Positions 16,956 to 24,784 of a stretch of 28,181 bases of DNA are shown one piece after another; within the stretch, counting starts at the first letter, position 1, and every line of letters begins with the position of its first letter. The notes beneath the pieces were generated by a model. That model saw only the letters and a program-made list of their open reading frames with translations, was not told where the DNA came from and searched no databases. The stretch is taken from the IMG/VR virus record IMGVR_UViG_3300044580_000520, positions 1-28,181 of that record. One strand, written 5' to 3'. This DNA is from a virus. Lineage: Duplodnaviria > Caudoviricetes. The translations under genes were made by a program, and so were the position numbers.

Positions 16956-18650
16956 GTGGCTTGTATGGCATGCGGCGAAGATAAAGAGTCTAAGATGTTA
17001 AATATTATTTCAAGATATTTTGAGGCTCAAGGTTGCCGATGCTATAAGGATTATTTTATGAGAGAAGGGGAAAGAAAGTATAATTTTGATCTATTTTGTG
17101 AAAGCGATTCAGGCCCTGTTATTGTAGAAGTGAAAGTTTTTGATTTTTTACCCTCTTCTGTAGTTTATGCCTTGATAGGTAGAATGAGAACTAGTTCATT
17201 CGACAGATTGAAGCTCTACCTTGCAGTTCCATCAAGAACACGGATGCTTAGAGAAGCAGAGTTAGCGATGCAGCAAAATGGTATCGGACTTATAGTAGTT
17301 GATAGCGACAAATTAGATTTTCGAATTGAAGCCAAGCCATTCATAACTCAAGCGTCTGTAGCGTTGAACGAGATTTTAAAGTCATTTATTGAGGCAGTTA
17401 ACTCGGGTTTGATTCAATCGGCGCCGATTGGATTGAATCCTGCGACTATTGTAAACGCCATTAACACTTCAGCGCCCTATTCAGCGAAAATGTATTCATC
17501 GTTAAGGCAAGCTACGCTAAATCCATACAAACTTCGAATTTCTAGGGAACTCGTCGACAAGTTAGAAAATATCAAGCATTTAAGTTACGCTAGTTTACTT
17601 ACGGATTTTAAAAGGGACTACGAAAAAGTCAGTGACCCAATTAAGGAAAGTAAACTAATTCTTGAAACGTTACAAAAACTATGGGAGGGCAAATATGGCA
17701 AAAATGAGGCCGCTAAATTATTCGATTCTTTTAACAAAATTGAGCCTGTGCTTAAAGCGATTCCTAGGTATAGGGATCACTTTGTTCACCCGTTTCAGGT
17801 TTTTCTCATGGGAAGCCTAGTTATAGATGCCAATTATTCGCTTTTTCACAGGCTACATGAACAAAAATTCGATAAATGCAAAAAGGACTCACTAGATTTC
17901 GCATGGCTCGTTTGTTCAACTTTCCATGATATTGGTTATCCAGTTCAACTCTATGAAGTATTTAGCAAGAAATTCTTTAGCGACTTTCTACAAGCAACCG
18001 ATTCACCAGTTTTAATTCAGACAGAGAAACTCCTATTTAGCGAAGGTAATTTGAATTATATTGATAATCTCGCTGGTCTATACAACCATTATAAGAGCGC
18101 AAAGAGACAATGGGTTTATAACTCAACTTATAGCATGGATCCTGAGCTGAGAAGAATTAGAAATAGTATTATTTCAGAAGCACAACAAAGGAACCATGGC
18201 ATAATCAGTTCCTTGAGCTTAATAAGAAAAATTCTAGCTGAAGATTTTGTAAAAAATGATTTAGAGAATTATTTATCAGGGCGTTTTTCAACCGATATTT
18301 TCCCAGCCGCTTTAGCTATGGCCTTCCATGACGAGCATATGCTATCAAAACTTGGTACACCCTTGGTTTTTGAAGAAATGCCTCTATCTTTTCTTTTAGT
18401 CTATTGTGACCTTATACAAGAGAGTGGGCGATCTGAAGAGGCAGAAATTGTTGATTTAAAGGATTTCATATGCGAACCCGGAAATACAGAGGCAACTTTA
18501 GTTTTCAGCGGTGCAACTGAATATAAAAAGAAATTTGACGAGATGGAACGGATTTACGACATAATACTAAGTAATAAAACCATATTCTCATTATCTTTGA
18601 GACATGCAGGTTCTAATTGTTCTAGAAGTACACCAATAAAACAATACTGA
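16956..18650 (+). CDS. PD-(D/E)XK nuclease fused to an HD-superfamily phosphohydrolase
   Basis: N-terminal FDLFC...IVEVK...LYLAVP...NGIGLI; C-terminal YRDHFVH, FHDIGYP, NHG, FHD, YCDLIQE. Confidence 0.75.
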   Translation: MACMACGEDKESKMLNIISRYFEAQGCRCYKDYFMREGERKYNFDLFCESDSGPVIVEVKVFDFLPSSVVYALIGRMRTSSFDRLKLYLAVPSRTRMLREAELAMQQNGIGLIVVDSDKLDFRIEAKPFITQASVALNEILKSFIEAVNSGLIQSAPIGLNPATIVNAINTSAPYSAKMYSSLRQATLNPYKLRISRELVDKLENIKHLSYASLLTDFKRDYEKVSDPIKESKLILETLQKLWEGKYGKNEAAKLFDSFNKIEPVLKAIPRYRDHFVHPFQVFLMGSLVIDANYSLFHRLHEQKFDKCKKDSLDFAWLVCSTFHDIGYPVQLYEVFSKKFFSDFLQATDSPVLIQTEKLLFSEGNLNYIDNLAGLYNHYKSAKRQWVYNSTYSMDPELRRIRNSIISEAQQRNHGIISSLSLIRKILAEDFVKNDLENYLSGRFSTDIFPAALAMAFHDEHMLSKLGTPLVFEEMPLSFLLVYCDLIQESGRSEEAEIVDLKDFICEPGNTEATLVFSGATEYKKKFDEMERIYDIILSNKTIFSLSLRHAGSNCSRSTPIKQY

Positions 18651-18785
18651 AGGCGACAATATTAAACGTACGAGCGCTAATAGGAAACAAGAAAATTTTT
18701 GATGTTTTGGCTTCCTATCAATATCAAGATTTAAGTTTTTGAATCGCCTTTTATTTAATTTCATTAACTTCAGCGCGCGCTTAAC

Positions 18786-18887
18786 GAACTCAAAATCTGC
18801 TTTTGCACGCTCTGTTTTCATTAAAGCATTCCTCCTAGAGCGGGTTACATTGGGCGTTTTCATCTTTAACTTACGAGCAATCCCATA
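18786..18887 (-). pseudogene. 5'-truncated copy of the HTH gene at 22147-22353
   Basis: YGIARKLKMKTPNVTRSRRNALMKTERAKADFEF vs YRIARKLKMEIPNVTRSRKNALRKLEGAKADLEF, 26/34 identical by hand; the N-terminal ~18-20 codons are missing. Confidence 0.85.
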
Positions 18888-18903
18888 GCTTAGCGTTAAT
18901 GGT

Positions 18904-18922
18904 TTGAGAGCCTAAACACGAT
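18904..18922 (+). repeat. 19-bp direct repeat, copy 2
   Basis: Identical to 14229-14247. Confidence 0.9.
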
Positions 18923-18955
18923 AATGAATTAAAGACTGGGTTACATTTCCAAAAA

Positions 18956-18986
18956 TTTATATCTTATTTATATCTTATAAGATATA
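18956..18986 (+). promoter_or_regulatory. Operator/promoter: tandem TTTATATCTTA x2 overlapping the perfect 18-bp palindrome TATATCTTATAAGATATA
   Basis: Repeats at 18956-18966 and 18967-18977; palindrome at 18969-18986, 14 nt before the RHH gene. Confidence 0.7.
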
Positions 18987-19000
18987 TTGAGTGTGGATCA

Positions 19001-19180
19001 TTGTTGAAGAAAGTTTTGGTGAGTTTGCCCAATGGGGTCTTCAAAATCGTTAAAGGATTAAAAGGTCAAATAGGCGACAGTGATAGCGAAGTAGTACGTA
19101 ATATTGTCGTTTCTTATTTGTCAGAACAAGGTTACTTTAACACATTGGCACCAATTGATTCTTCACCCAGCTCTGAATAA
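19001..19180 (+). CDS. Ribbon-helix-helix (CopG-like) regulator, 59 aa, not in the ORF track
   Basis: Hand translation MLKKVLVSLPNGVFKIVKGLKGQIGDSDSEVVRNIVVSYLSEQGYFNTLAPIDSSPSSE: beta strand, helix, then G-x-S-x-S-E-V-V-R helix. Confidence 0.8.
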   Translation: MLKKVLVSLPNGVFKIVKGLKGQIGDSDSEVVRNIVVSYLSEQGYFNTLAPIDSSPSSE

Positions 19181-19211
19181 AATTCGGAACCAAACCACTA
19201 AACACTATCAA

Positions 19212-19829
19212 TCATTGATTCAAATGAGCATCAATAAATATAGCAATGGGACAACTAGAACACTCTGCATCTCCGCAAGTTACAATTTCTTTTATACATT
19301 CGCGTAATTCAATATTTTTATAGGTTGCGAAAACGTGCTTGGCAAGTTTATACTTACTAAAACGGTCTTTACATATATGCCCATTACTTAGGAAACGAAT
19401 CAAACATTTTTTCCTTAAAGCAAATAGGCTTGAATAGCTAGGTCCATCTGTAAACCTTTTTGCCTTTTTGACAACACTTAATTTTTTTTCGGAAACAAGT
19501 ATTAAACCAATACTATCGTGATCCCAATTATCTATCCTTTTATTTGTAGCAACATAAGCGTAATCAACGTATTCTTTCACTTTATCAACTTGCTCGAAAG
19601 CCCGGCTTAACTTGTCCCTATCAGATTTCACCTCAATATAGGTCAAAAACCCATTCTTTTCTAAAAGAATATCTAATTCAGAGATTATTCGCCCATATGA
19701 AATATTTAATTGAGCATGTGGGACCACAGCGAATCCTTTAGCTGTGTAATATTTGATTAGTTTTTCAATTATCTCTGTTTCGTAAAATCCAACTCTTTTG
19801 GGAGAAGTACTAAGATTTTGAACTTGCAC
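19212..19829 (-). CDS. PD-(D/E)XK nuclease (sce7726/MmcB-like) with Cys-rich C-terminus
   Basis: ELDILL...YIEVKSDRDKLSRAFEQ...DYAYVA...IGLI; C-terminal CGDAECSSCP; AGGAG RBS before GTG; overlaps the protease gene by 20 nt. Confidence 0.75.
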   Translation of the reverse strand: MQVQNLSTSPKRVGFYETEIIEKLIKYYTAKGFAVVPHAQLNISYGRIISELDILLEKNGFLTYIEVKSDRDKLSRAFEQVDKVKEYVDYAYVATNKRIDNWDHDSIGLILVSEKKLSVVKKAKRFTDGPSYSSLFALRKKCLIRFLSNGHICKDRFSKYKLAKHVFATYKNIELRECIKEIVTCGDAECSSCPIAIFIDAHLNQ

Positions 19830-22062
19830 TATTGTTCTCCTTTTTCCATAAGTGACGATTTTTATTATAGATTTCTTGAGTTAGAGGGTATAAACGCGGT
19901 TCCTCCGATTTAGCTGTTACTAAAATGGCACAACCATATCTTATGTTGGTTTTGCGCATATCTTCAGGATGCATTTCAAACGTTGGTTCTCCAGTAACAA
20001 AAAATCTCCAAGTTCCTTCCATGCTCTTTCGTTTAAACTCATATCGAAATACCTTGACATGCGATTTTTTACTAAGCTCTTCTGGATTTGCCAGTTGAGC
20101 GTAGCTTTTTTCATTACCGGTCTTCTTTGCATACAATTTCATATGTGTAGTAAGTTGGGGGGTGGCAGTTTTGAAATTATCATCTGAGTGAACAAGAAAT
20201 ACCTCAATTTTTTGCACAAATTTCGGGATACGGATCCTTCTTATTCTACTCTTAAAGAATCGATTCTTTTTTCCTTGGGTGACTTTATCTGTAAGAGGAA
20301 GTGTTCCTTCGGTTATTAGAAGCGCATGTAATGTGTCACAGTTATTTTCAAATTTTGTTTCACCAAAACCTAGGCATGCCCTAATTGGATCAGTTTTATC
20401 GTGTGACTCCTTATGAATTTTAGAGAAAGCTAACGCAATTGCTTTCAAAGTTTCAGCGTTTTTTATGCCCTTACCGTATTTTCCTTCTATTTTCGATATT
20501 TCATGCATCACTAAAGGGGTAGCAAAACTGGTTCCAATAAAGCAACAGCTATCGCCATTGCTATCAAAAGTATCAACGCCCACGTTAGTTATGGAACCAT
20601 CATTGCATTGATTGCCGCCATGCTGCACGATTTCAGGTTTAGGGCAGTTAAACAAGTTTGGCGTTGCTGTTCCGCATCGTGTGAAAGGAGAAAGCTTATG
20701 CTTTCCTGCTATTGTATCTAATGAGTCCTTTTCTGTGATAGCGCCTACACTTAAAATATTTACAGACCTAGAGGGATCTTTTACTGGATAATCACGAATA
20801 TAGGATGGATAAGAGAAACCGCTATTAATTTTAGAAATTAGTTCATTAGTATTAATATTACCGGCACTAAATGTTACGCAAATATTCTTCTGCTGAATGA
20901 GTTTGTTTAATTGAGCAGTTTCGTAAGGTTGTTGATAATCAAAGACGACAGAGGAAGTGAATAAACGGACACCCGCAGCTGAGTATTTATTGATAGCTTG
21001 GATAAATCCTTTGTAAGCTAAGGTTTCTCGGGTATGTCCCCAAACTTTGTAAGAAATTATCCGAGCGGTTTGCTGATTTAGGGTTTTACCAAGGGCAGCT
21101 AGGCATGCCACGGGTGTCCCATGTCCACCATCAGGGTAACCATCCTCATAATCTAGAAATCCGGAAACACCATCTCTTTGTATAACTGAATTTTGCAACT
21201 GAGGTATAGAACTAACTCCAGTATCCATTACACAGATAACTGGTAATGGAGTTGTATACACGGAGACAGAAGCAATACTACTCTTGACTCTTAGATTCTT
21301 ACCGCTTCTTCTGGGTGTTTTTTGGAAATTTTCTACACTTGCCTTGGGAATCTCGTTTAGATAAAATATGACGTTAGAGCTCTTGACTAGTTCTGTTAGT
21401 TCTTGACTATTAAGGTCGGCAAATACGATTCCTGAATCATCCCAGTCTACAACACTATTACGCTTAGATAGATAATCGATTATTTGTTTGAGGTAATCTC
21501 TCACTAAATCATTCGAAATATTTGGCATAAGGTGGATTGCTAAAAGTTTGCTCTCCCATGGGTCTTTTTTAAGATTTGATGGAACTATCTCATTATACAA
21601 AAGGGGGCTAAACCTTTTTATCGCTTCAAATCGTTGGCTTTTAAAATTCCTACTTTCCGACAACTTGGATAAACTCAAAAGAGGGCATGAAACAAGCAGC
21701 TTGTCATGAGTAGGATTTAGATAAGCCAGTATTTCAGCAGACAAATTACTCAGGAACTCGCGGTTTTTAGGAAGAAAAATACGAACAGGCCCCAGAGTTC
21801 CGTTTTCGTGCAGAATTTGTTTTCCTGATAGGCCGAGGACAAAATATGCTTTCTCTGCACTCTTGAGAGTAGTTGATTGAATAGACGATACAGTTGACAG
21901 TATTTGGTGATCAATTTCCTTTGAAGCCCACTCCGCCTCAAAGTCATCTGTCTCATAATGAACCCACTCTCCATTGGAGGTAGGATAAGTTTTTTCTCGA
22001 TCTTTATGGAAAGTTTTGGATGGAACAAAAATAAAGTCATTTAGATCGGAAGCTTTTCGCAA
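19810..22062 (-). CDS. S8 subtilisin-like serine protease (IetS/Y4bN-like, no signal peptide)
   Basis: Catalytic triad VMDTGV, GHGTPVA, GTSFATP; oxyanion SAGN; LSVGA, SPFTRCG and PKPEIVQHGGN motifs. Confidence 0.9.
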   Translation of the reverse strand: MRKASDLNDFIFVPSKTFHKDREKTYPTSNGEWVHYETDDFEAEWASKEIDHQILSTVSSIQSTTLKSAEKAYFVLGLSGKQILHENGTLGPVRIFLPKNREFLSNLSAEILAYLNPTHDKLLVSCPLLSLSKLSESRNFKSQRFEAIKRFSPLLYNEIVPSNLKKDPWESKLLAIHLMPNISNDLVRDYLKQIIDYLSKRNSVVDWDDSGIVFADLNSQELTELVKSSNVIFYLNEIPKASVENFQKTPRRSGKNLRVKSSIASVSVYTTPLPVICVMDTGVSSIPQLQNSVIQRDGVSGFLDYEDGYPDGGHGTPVACLAALGKTLNQQTARIISYKVWGHTRETLAYKGFIQAINKYSAAGVRLFTSSVVFDYQQPYETAQLNKLIQQKNICVTFSAGNINTNELISKINSGFSYPSYIRDYPVKDPSRSVNILSVGAITEKDSLDTIAGKHKLSPFTRCGTATPNLFNCPKPEIVQHGGNQCNDGSITNVGVDTFDSNGDSCCFIGTSFATPLVMHEISKIEGKYGKGIKNAETLKAIALAFSKIHKESHDKTDPIRACLGFGETKFENNCDTLHALLITEGTLPLTDKVTQGKKNRFFKSRIRRIRIPKFVQKIEVFLVHSDDNFKTATPQLTTHMKLYAKKTGNEKSYAQLANPEELSKKSHVKVFRYEFKRKSMEGTWRFFVTGEPTFEMHPEDMRKTNIRYGCAILVTAKSEEPRLYPLTQEIYNKNRHLWKKENNSASSKS

Positions 22063-22146
22063 ACAGGTTATCCCTATCTTTAAGGTTAGTAAGACACTTT
22101 TAAAATTTGCCGAAAAAACGCTTGCTCATAAGCCAAGTTTATTTGT

Positions 22147-22353
22147 CTATTTAGGAGTGGTTTTAAAAATTGGTTTTTTAAGTCCAGCGGCAAATTCCAA
22201 ATCAGCCTTTGCACCCTCCAGTTTCCTTAAAGCATTCTTTCTGGAACGAGTAACGTTGGGTATTTCCATTTTTAACTTGCGTGCAATACGATAATCACTC
22301 AAGCCCTCGGAATGTAACCGTAGAATCTGTCGCTCAAGTTCAGTCAATGCCAT
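22147..22353 (-). CDS. Small HTH DNA-binding protein (LuxR/Tfx-like)
   Basis: LTELERQILRLHSEGLSDYRIARKL...NVTRSRKNALRKL. Confidence 0.85.
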   Translation of the reverse strand: MALTELERQILRLHSEGLSDYRIARKLKMEIPNVTRSRKNALRKLEGAKADLEFAAGLKKPIFKTTPK

Positions 22354-22356
22354 AGG

Positions 22357-22881
22357 CTATGGCTCCTCTTTAGAAACGCTATGCAGAGCCACGTTTTCTG
22401 CTAGCAAGTCCTTATCTGACTCTTTGTAGGCGTCTACGCCAAAGCTTGTCATAGCCCAGCACCAACCCCGCCGCTCAACAACCACCGAGTCCAATTCCTT
22501 AGATAACCGCTTATTCATTCGAACAATCCGTCTAGTCACTTGATGTCTGGCAATCTTAAATTGAGCTAATCTGGCGGCTATATCTTTAGGGAGCAATCCG
22601 GGAGCACCTGTTTCAAACAACAGTTGGAGAATTGCTTTGTCGATCTCATCTTCGCAGGCTGCCTCTTCGATAAGCGACTTCTCAAAGTGCAAGGAGTCCT
22701 TCAGGCCAGCAAAGATAACCCTGAGCAGCAACTTGATTTCAGCGACGTCTCGGTCGAGTTTCTTGTCCTTGGCAAGTAGATACTTGAGTTTCCCAACCTT
22801 GTCGGCTTGGCTACGCTTGGTTTTTGGCACTTTTTGGGGTGAAATAGCTATGTTTTGAACAGGTTCATCGCTTGCTTCCAT
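22357..22881 (-). CDS. Coiled-coil plus winged-helix protein
   Basis: DEIDKAILQLL...LLPKDIAARL...HQVTRRIVRM...WAMTSFG; GGAGTG RBS before ATG 22881 (track start 22914). Confidence 0.65.
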   Translation of the reverse strand: MEASDEPVQNIAISPQKVPKTKRSQADKVGKLKYLLAKDKKLDRDVAEIKLLLRVIFAGLKDSLHFEKSLIEEAACEDEIDKAILQLLFETGAPGLLPKDIAARLAQFKIARHQVTRRIVRMNKRLSKELDSVVVERRGWCWAMTSFGVDAYKESDKDLLAENVALHSVSKEEP

Positions 22882-23054
22882 GTCAAAACGCACACTCCAA
22901 GTTTTTCGCTCCATTCAGACAGGCAAGGTTTGAGGCTCTGGCATCTACACCAATTGATTGTGGGAAAGGAGCTTCTGAAAAGCATGGACTTTTCCCATGC
23001 CTAAGATATGATACCAAAAGTGCTTTTGAACAAGTTTCAACCGCTAAAATGAGG

Positions 23055-24020
23055 CTATGAAACGTAGCTTTTGCCTCCGTTTTCAGAAGCCTTAGTTGCC
23101 TCTTGTGCCCCGCCTTCTAGGCTACCTGCAAGCTTTCCTAGGGCGTCAGCGACTTTAGCGAAGTCGCCGCTCATCTTCTCCAACTTTGCAAGGCTGCCAG
23201 AGATTCTCTCTAAATTGGTTAGAGCGGTTTCTACTTGGCCTTCAAGTTTCTTGACCCGCTCGGGCATCAGCAAATACTCTACTGCTGCGTCACGGCCAAG
23301 ATGATCCAGTTCGCCCTCGTCTTCGCCTGGGCTGTCATCTATCAGTCGCTTTGGCGTGCTTACCTCAAAGTAGCGATTTAGCAGATTCGCTACAGGGTCG
23401 TCGATGCCTAACTCATGACGGTTGTTAATTGTACCCTGCCCCAAAAAGCAACCATACTTGCTAGTTAAACCCTGGGCAACTCGGTCAGCCAAGTTCTTAG
23501 CCAAAGTCACCAATTCTCCCGGGCTGCGACCGTACAGCGTCTCAACATGCACAATCCAAGACGTCGTCGTATGCCTCACCTTGACACCTTGTTCTAACCC
23601 TAAAAGAGCCGTCCAATTCTGCATCTCAATCCGCTTAAAATCAGCCAATGGATAGACACCCTCACGCAGCACCGGATACTTGAAAAAACACCGATGCAGC
23701 CGAAAGACGCCGCTGCTAAAGAGGACACCTTCACAGGATATGAGAAAGTTTTGACCGCGCTCGGTTAACTCGTAGTCGATGATGTTGCTGCGTTTCAAGC
23801 GACGGATTAAGCCTGCCTTTTCCAGCTTCTTAACATAGTAAGCAACATGTTGCCGCTTCCATCCGCGGACACGCCCTATCTTGGCAGGGTACATTTTGAC
23901 CTCTATACCTTTGAGGATTGGGATGACGCGGGACCGAACGGTATTGAAGTCAAATTTGACTTTTGACTTTGAGAGCGAAATATTTTGACTTCTATCATTA
24001 GCGCTAACCAAGAAGTTCAC
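23055..24020 (-). CDS. Winged-helix (MarR/ArsR-like) protein with central unknown domain and C-terminal coiled coil; regulator or replication initiator
   Basis: YPAKIGR...RQHVAYYVKKLEKAGLIRR...YELTERG. GAGGTGA RBS suggests TTG 24011 as the start. Confidence 0.7.
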   Translation of the reverse strand: MNFLVSANDRSQNISLSKSKVKFDFNTVRSRVIPILKGIEVKMYPAKIGRVRGWKRQHVAYYVKKLEKAGLIRRLKRSNIIDYELTERGQNFLISCEGVLFSSGVFRLHRCFFKYPVLREGVYPLADFKRIEMQNWTALLGLEQGVKVRHTTTSWIVHVETLYGRSPGELVTLAKNLADRVAQGLTSKYGCFLGQGTINNRHELGIDDPVANLLNRYFEVSTPKRLIDDSPGEDEGELDHLGRDAAVEYLLMPERVKKLEGQVETALTNLERISGSLAKLEKMSGDFAKVADALGKLAGSLEGGAQEATKASENGGKSYVS

Positions 24021-24021
24021 C

Positions 24022-24174
24022 TCAGTTTTTAATGACCGCTTCTCGTCTGTGGGGTCGGAAGTTACTGCAAGCGTCCCCTGAAGCTACACGGCCAATAGTT
24101 GACCGCTTGCTCATTTTGGCACTAATGCATCGGCCGCACCAGTCGGCGCAGTCAAAGCATTTGGCCCCATCCAT
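24022..24174 (-). CDS. 50-aa Cys-rich protein, not in the ORF track
   Basis: AGGAGG RBS; MDGAKCFDCADWCGRCISAKMSKRSTIGRVASGDACSNFRPHRREAVIKN; stop codon overlaps the RBS of the next gene. Confidence 0.65.
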   Translation of the reverse strand: MDGAKCFDCADWCGRCISAKMSKRSTIGRVASGDACSNFRPHRREAVIKN

Positions 24175-24269
24175 CAGAAAAGAGCCTCCTGTGAAAAACA
24201 TTGAAGCCTAATTACAATTAGGGCATGGTTTTGCTTCCATCGTAAAAAGCATCTAATAGACTCTATAGG

Positions 24270-24315
24270 AAAGAAAAAAAGAGATTGGAAAAATGGCGAG
24301 CCCCCTGTTCGCCAT
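24270..24315 (-). terminator. Hairpin plus T-tracts downstream of the tRNA
   Basis: ATGGCGA (24293-24299) / TCGCCAT (24309-24315) stem followed on the - strand by TTTTCC and TTTTTTTCTTT. Confidence 0.6.
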
Positions 24316-24351
24316 CTTTTTAAAAAGTATAAATTAAAGGCTAGAAGGAAG

Positions 24352-24424
24352 TAGCCCAGAAGAGATTCGAACTCTTGTCAAAGGCTCCAGAGGCCTCTAT
24401 GCTTGACCACTACACCACTGGGCT
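24352..24424 (-). tRNA. tRNA-Gln(CTG), intronless, CCA not encoded
   Basis: AGCCCAG/CTGGGCT acceptor stem (A1-U72), D arm, GAGGC-CTCTGGA-GCCTT anticodon arm, AAGAG-TTCGAAT-CTCTT T arm. Confidence 0.96.
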
Positions 24425-24452
24425 GCGGTAATCACAGTGAAACAGCGTGCGG

Positions 24453-24470
24453 TTTTATAACTTTACCGTT
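24453..24470 (-). promoter_or_regulatory. BRE/TATA promoter of tRNA-Gln
   Basis: AACGGTAAAG-TTATAAAA on the - strand, 29-36 nt upstream of the mature 5' end. Confidence 0.7.
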
Positions 24471-24784
24471 GCTCTTTGATAGAGTTCTTGGCTTTTTAGC
24501 CATGCGGACACAGTAGCATTTTTAGTCGGCTCTGTTGTAGTGGCATACAGTCGCCTGTCGCCTGACCTGCTTTGGCTAATTGGCGCAATAGTTGGTTCAG
24601 TCGCGCTGACTTTTATGTTGTTTCGGGTTACCTGTAAAGGGTATTGTGATATGATAAAAATTTTTAATTTTGTATTCGGTACGAGACACAAATTAGCTGT
24701 CTGAACTAATCTTGTGCTCATTTTTCCACTTTCTAATTGTATGTATTTACCGCTAACTTTCAAATAAACTCTAGGATTTACCAT
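24455..24784 (-). CDS. Hypothetical protein (doubtful in its 3' half)
   Basis: ATG overlaps the end of the ATPase gene; the ORF runs into the tRNA TATA box; no recognisable motif. Confidence 0.3.
   Translation of the reverse strand: MVNPRVYLKVSGKYIQLESGKMSTRLVQTANLCLVPNTKLKIFIISQYPLQVTRNNIKVSATEPTIAPISQSRSGDRRLYATTTEPTKNATVSAWLKSQELYQRATVKL

Larger units (their letters stand above)
1..24300 (-). mobile_element. Integrated archaeal tailed-virus (Caudoviricetes) provirus or GTA-like element; left boundary outside the window
   Basis: Co-oriented capsid/portal/tail/terminase operon at 1-14184, cargo island, HTH genes, and position immediately 3' of tRNA-Gln. No att duplicate or integrase seen, so boundaries are approximate. 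Confidence 0.8.

Noticed and set aside
18591-18863. 90-aa ORF as an intact gene
   Set aside because: Only the first ~26 codons match the HTH paralogue; the rest is read-through into AT-rich sequence overlapping the convergent HD gene. Treated as a pseudogene.
14229-18922. Repeats as a CRISPR mini-array or IS target-site duplication
   Set aside because: Only two copies 4.7 kb apart; no cas genes, transposase or terminal inverted repeats.
19104-19307. 67-aa + strand ORF in the track
   Set aside because: Overlaps both the better-supported RHH frame and the convergent nuclease gene.
24205-24255. Tiny ORF MLFTMEAKPCPNCN on the - strand
   Set aside because: 14 codons with no clear RBS; at most a Zn-finger remnant.
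24683-24719. Imperfect inverted repeat (GAGACACAAATTAG / CTAATCTTGTGCTC) as a recombination site or element end
   Set aside because: Needs two gaps, has no partner site in the window and does not match a dif-like consensus convincingly.
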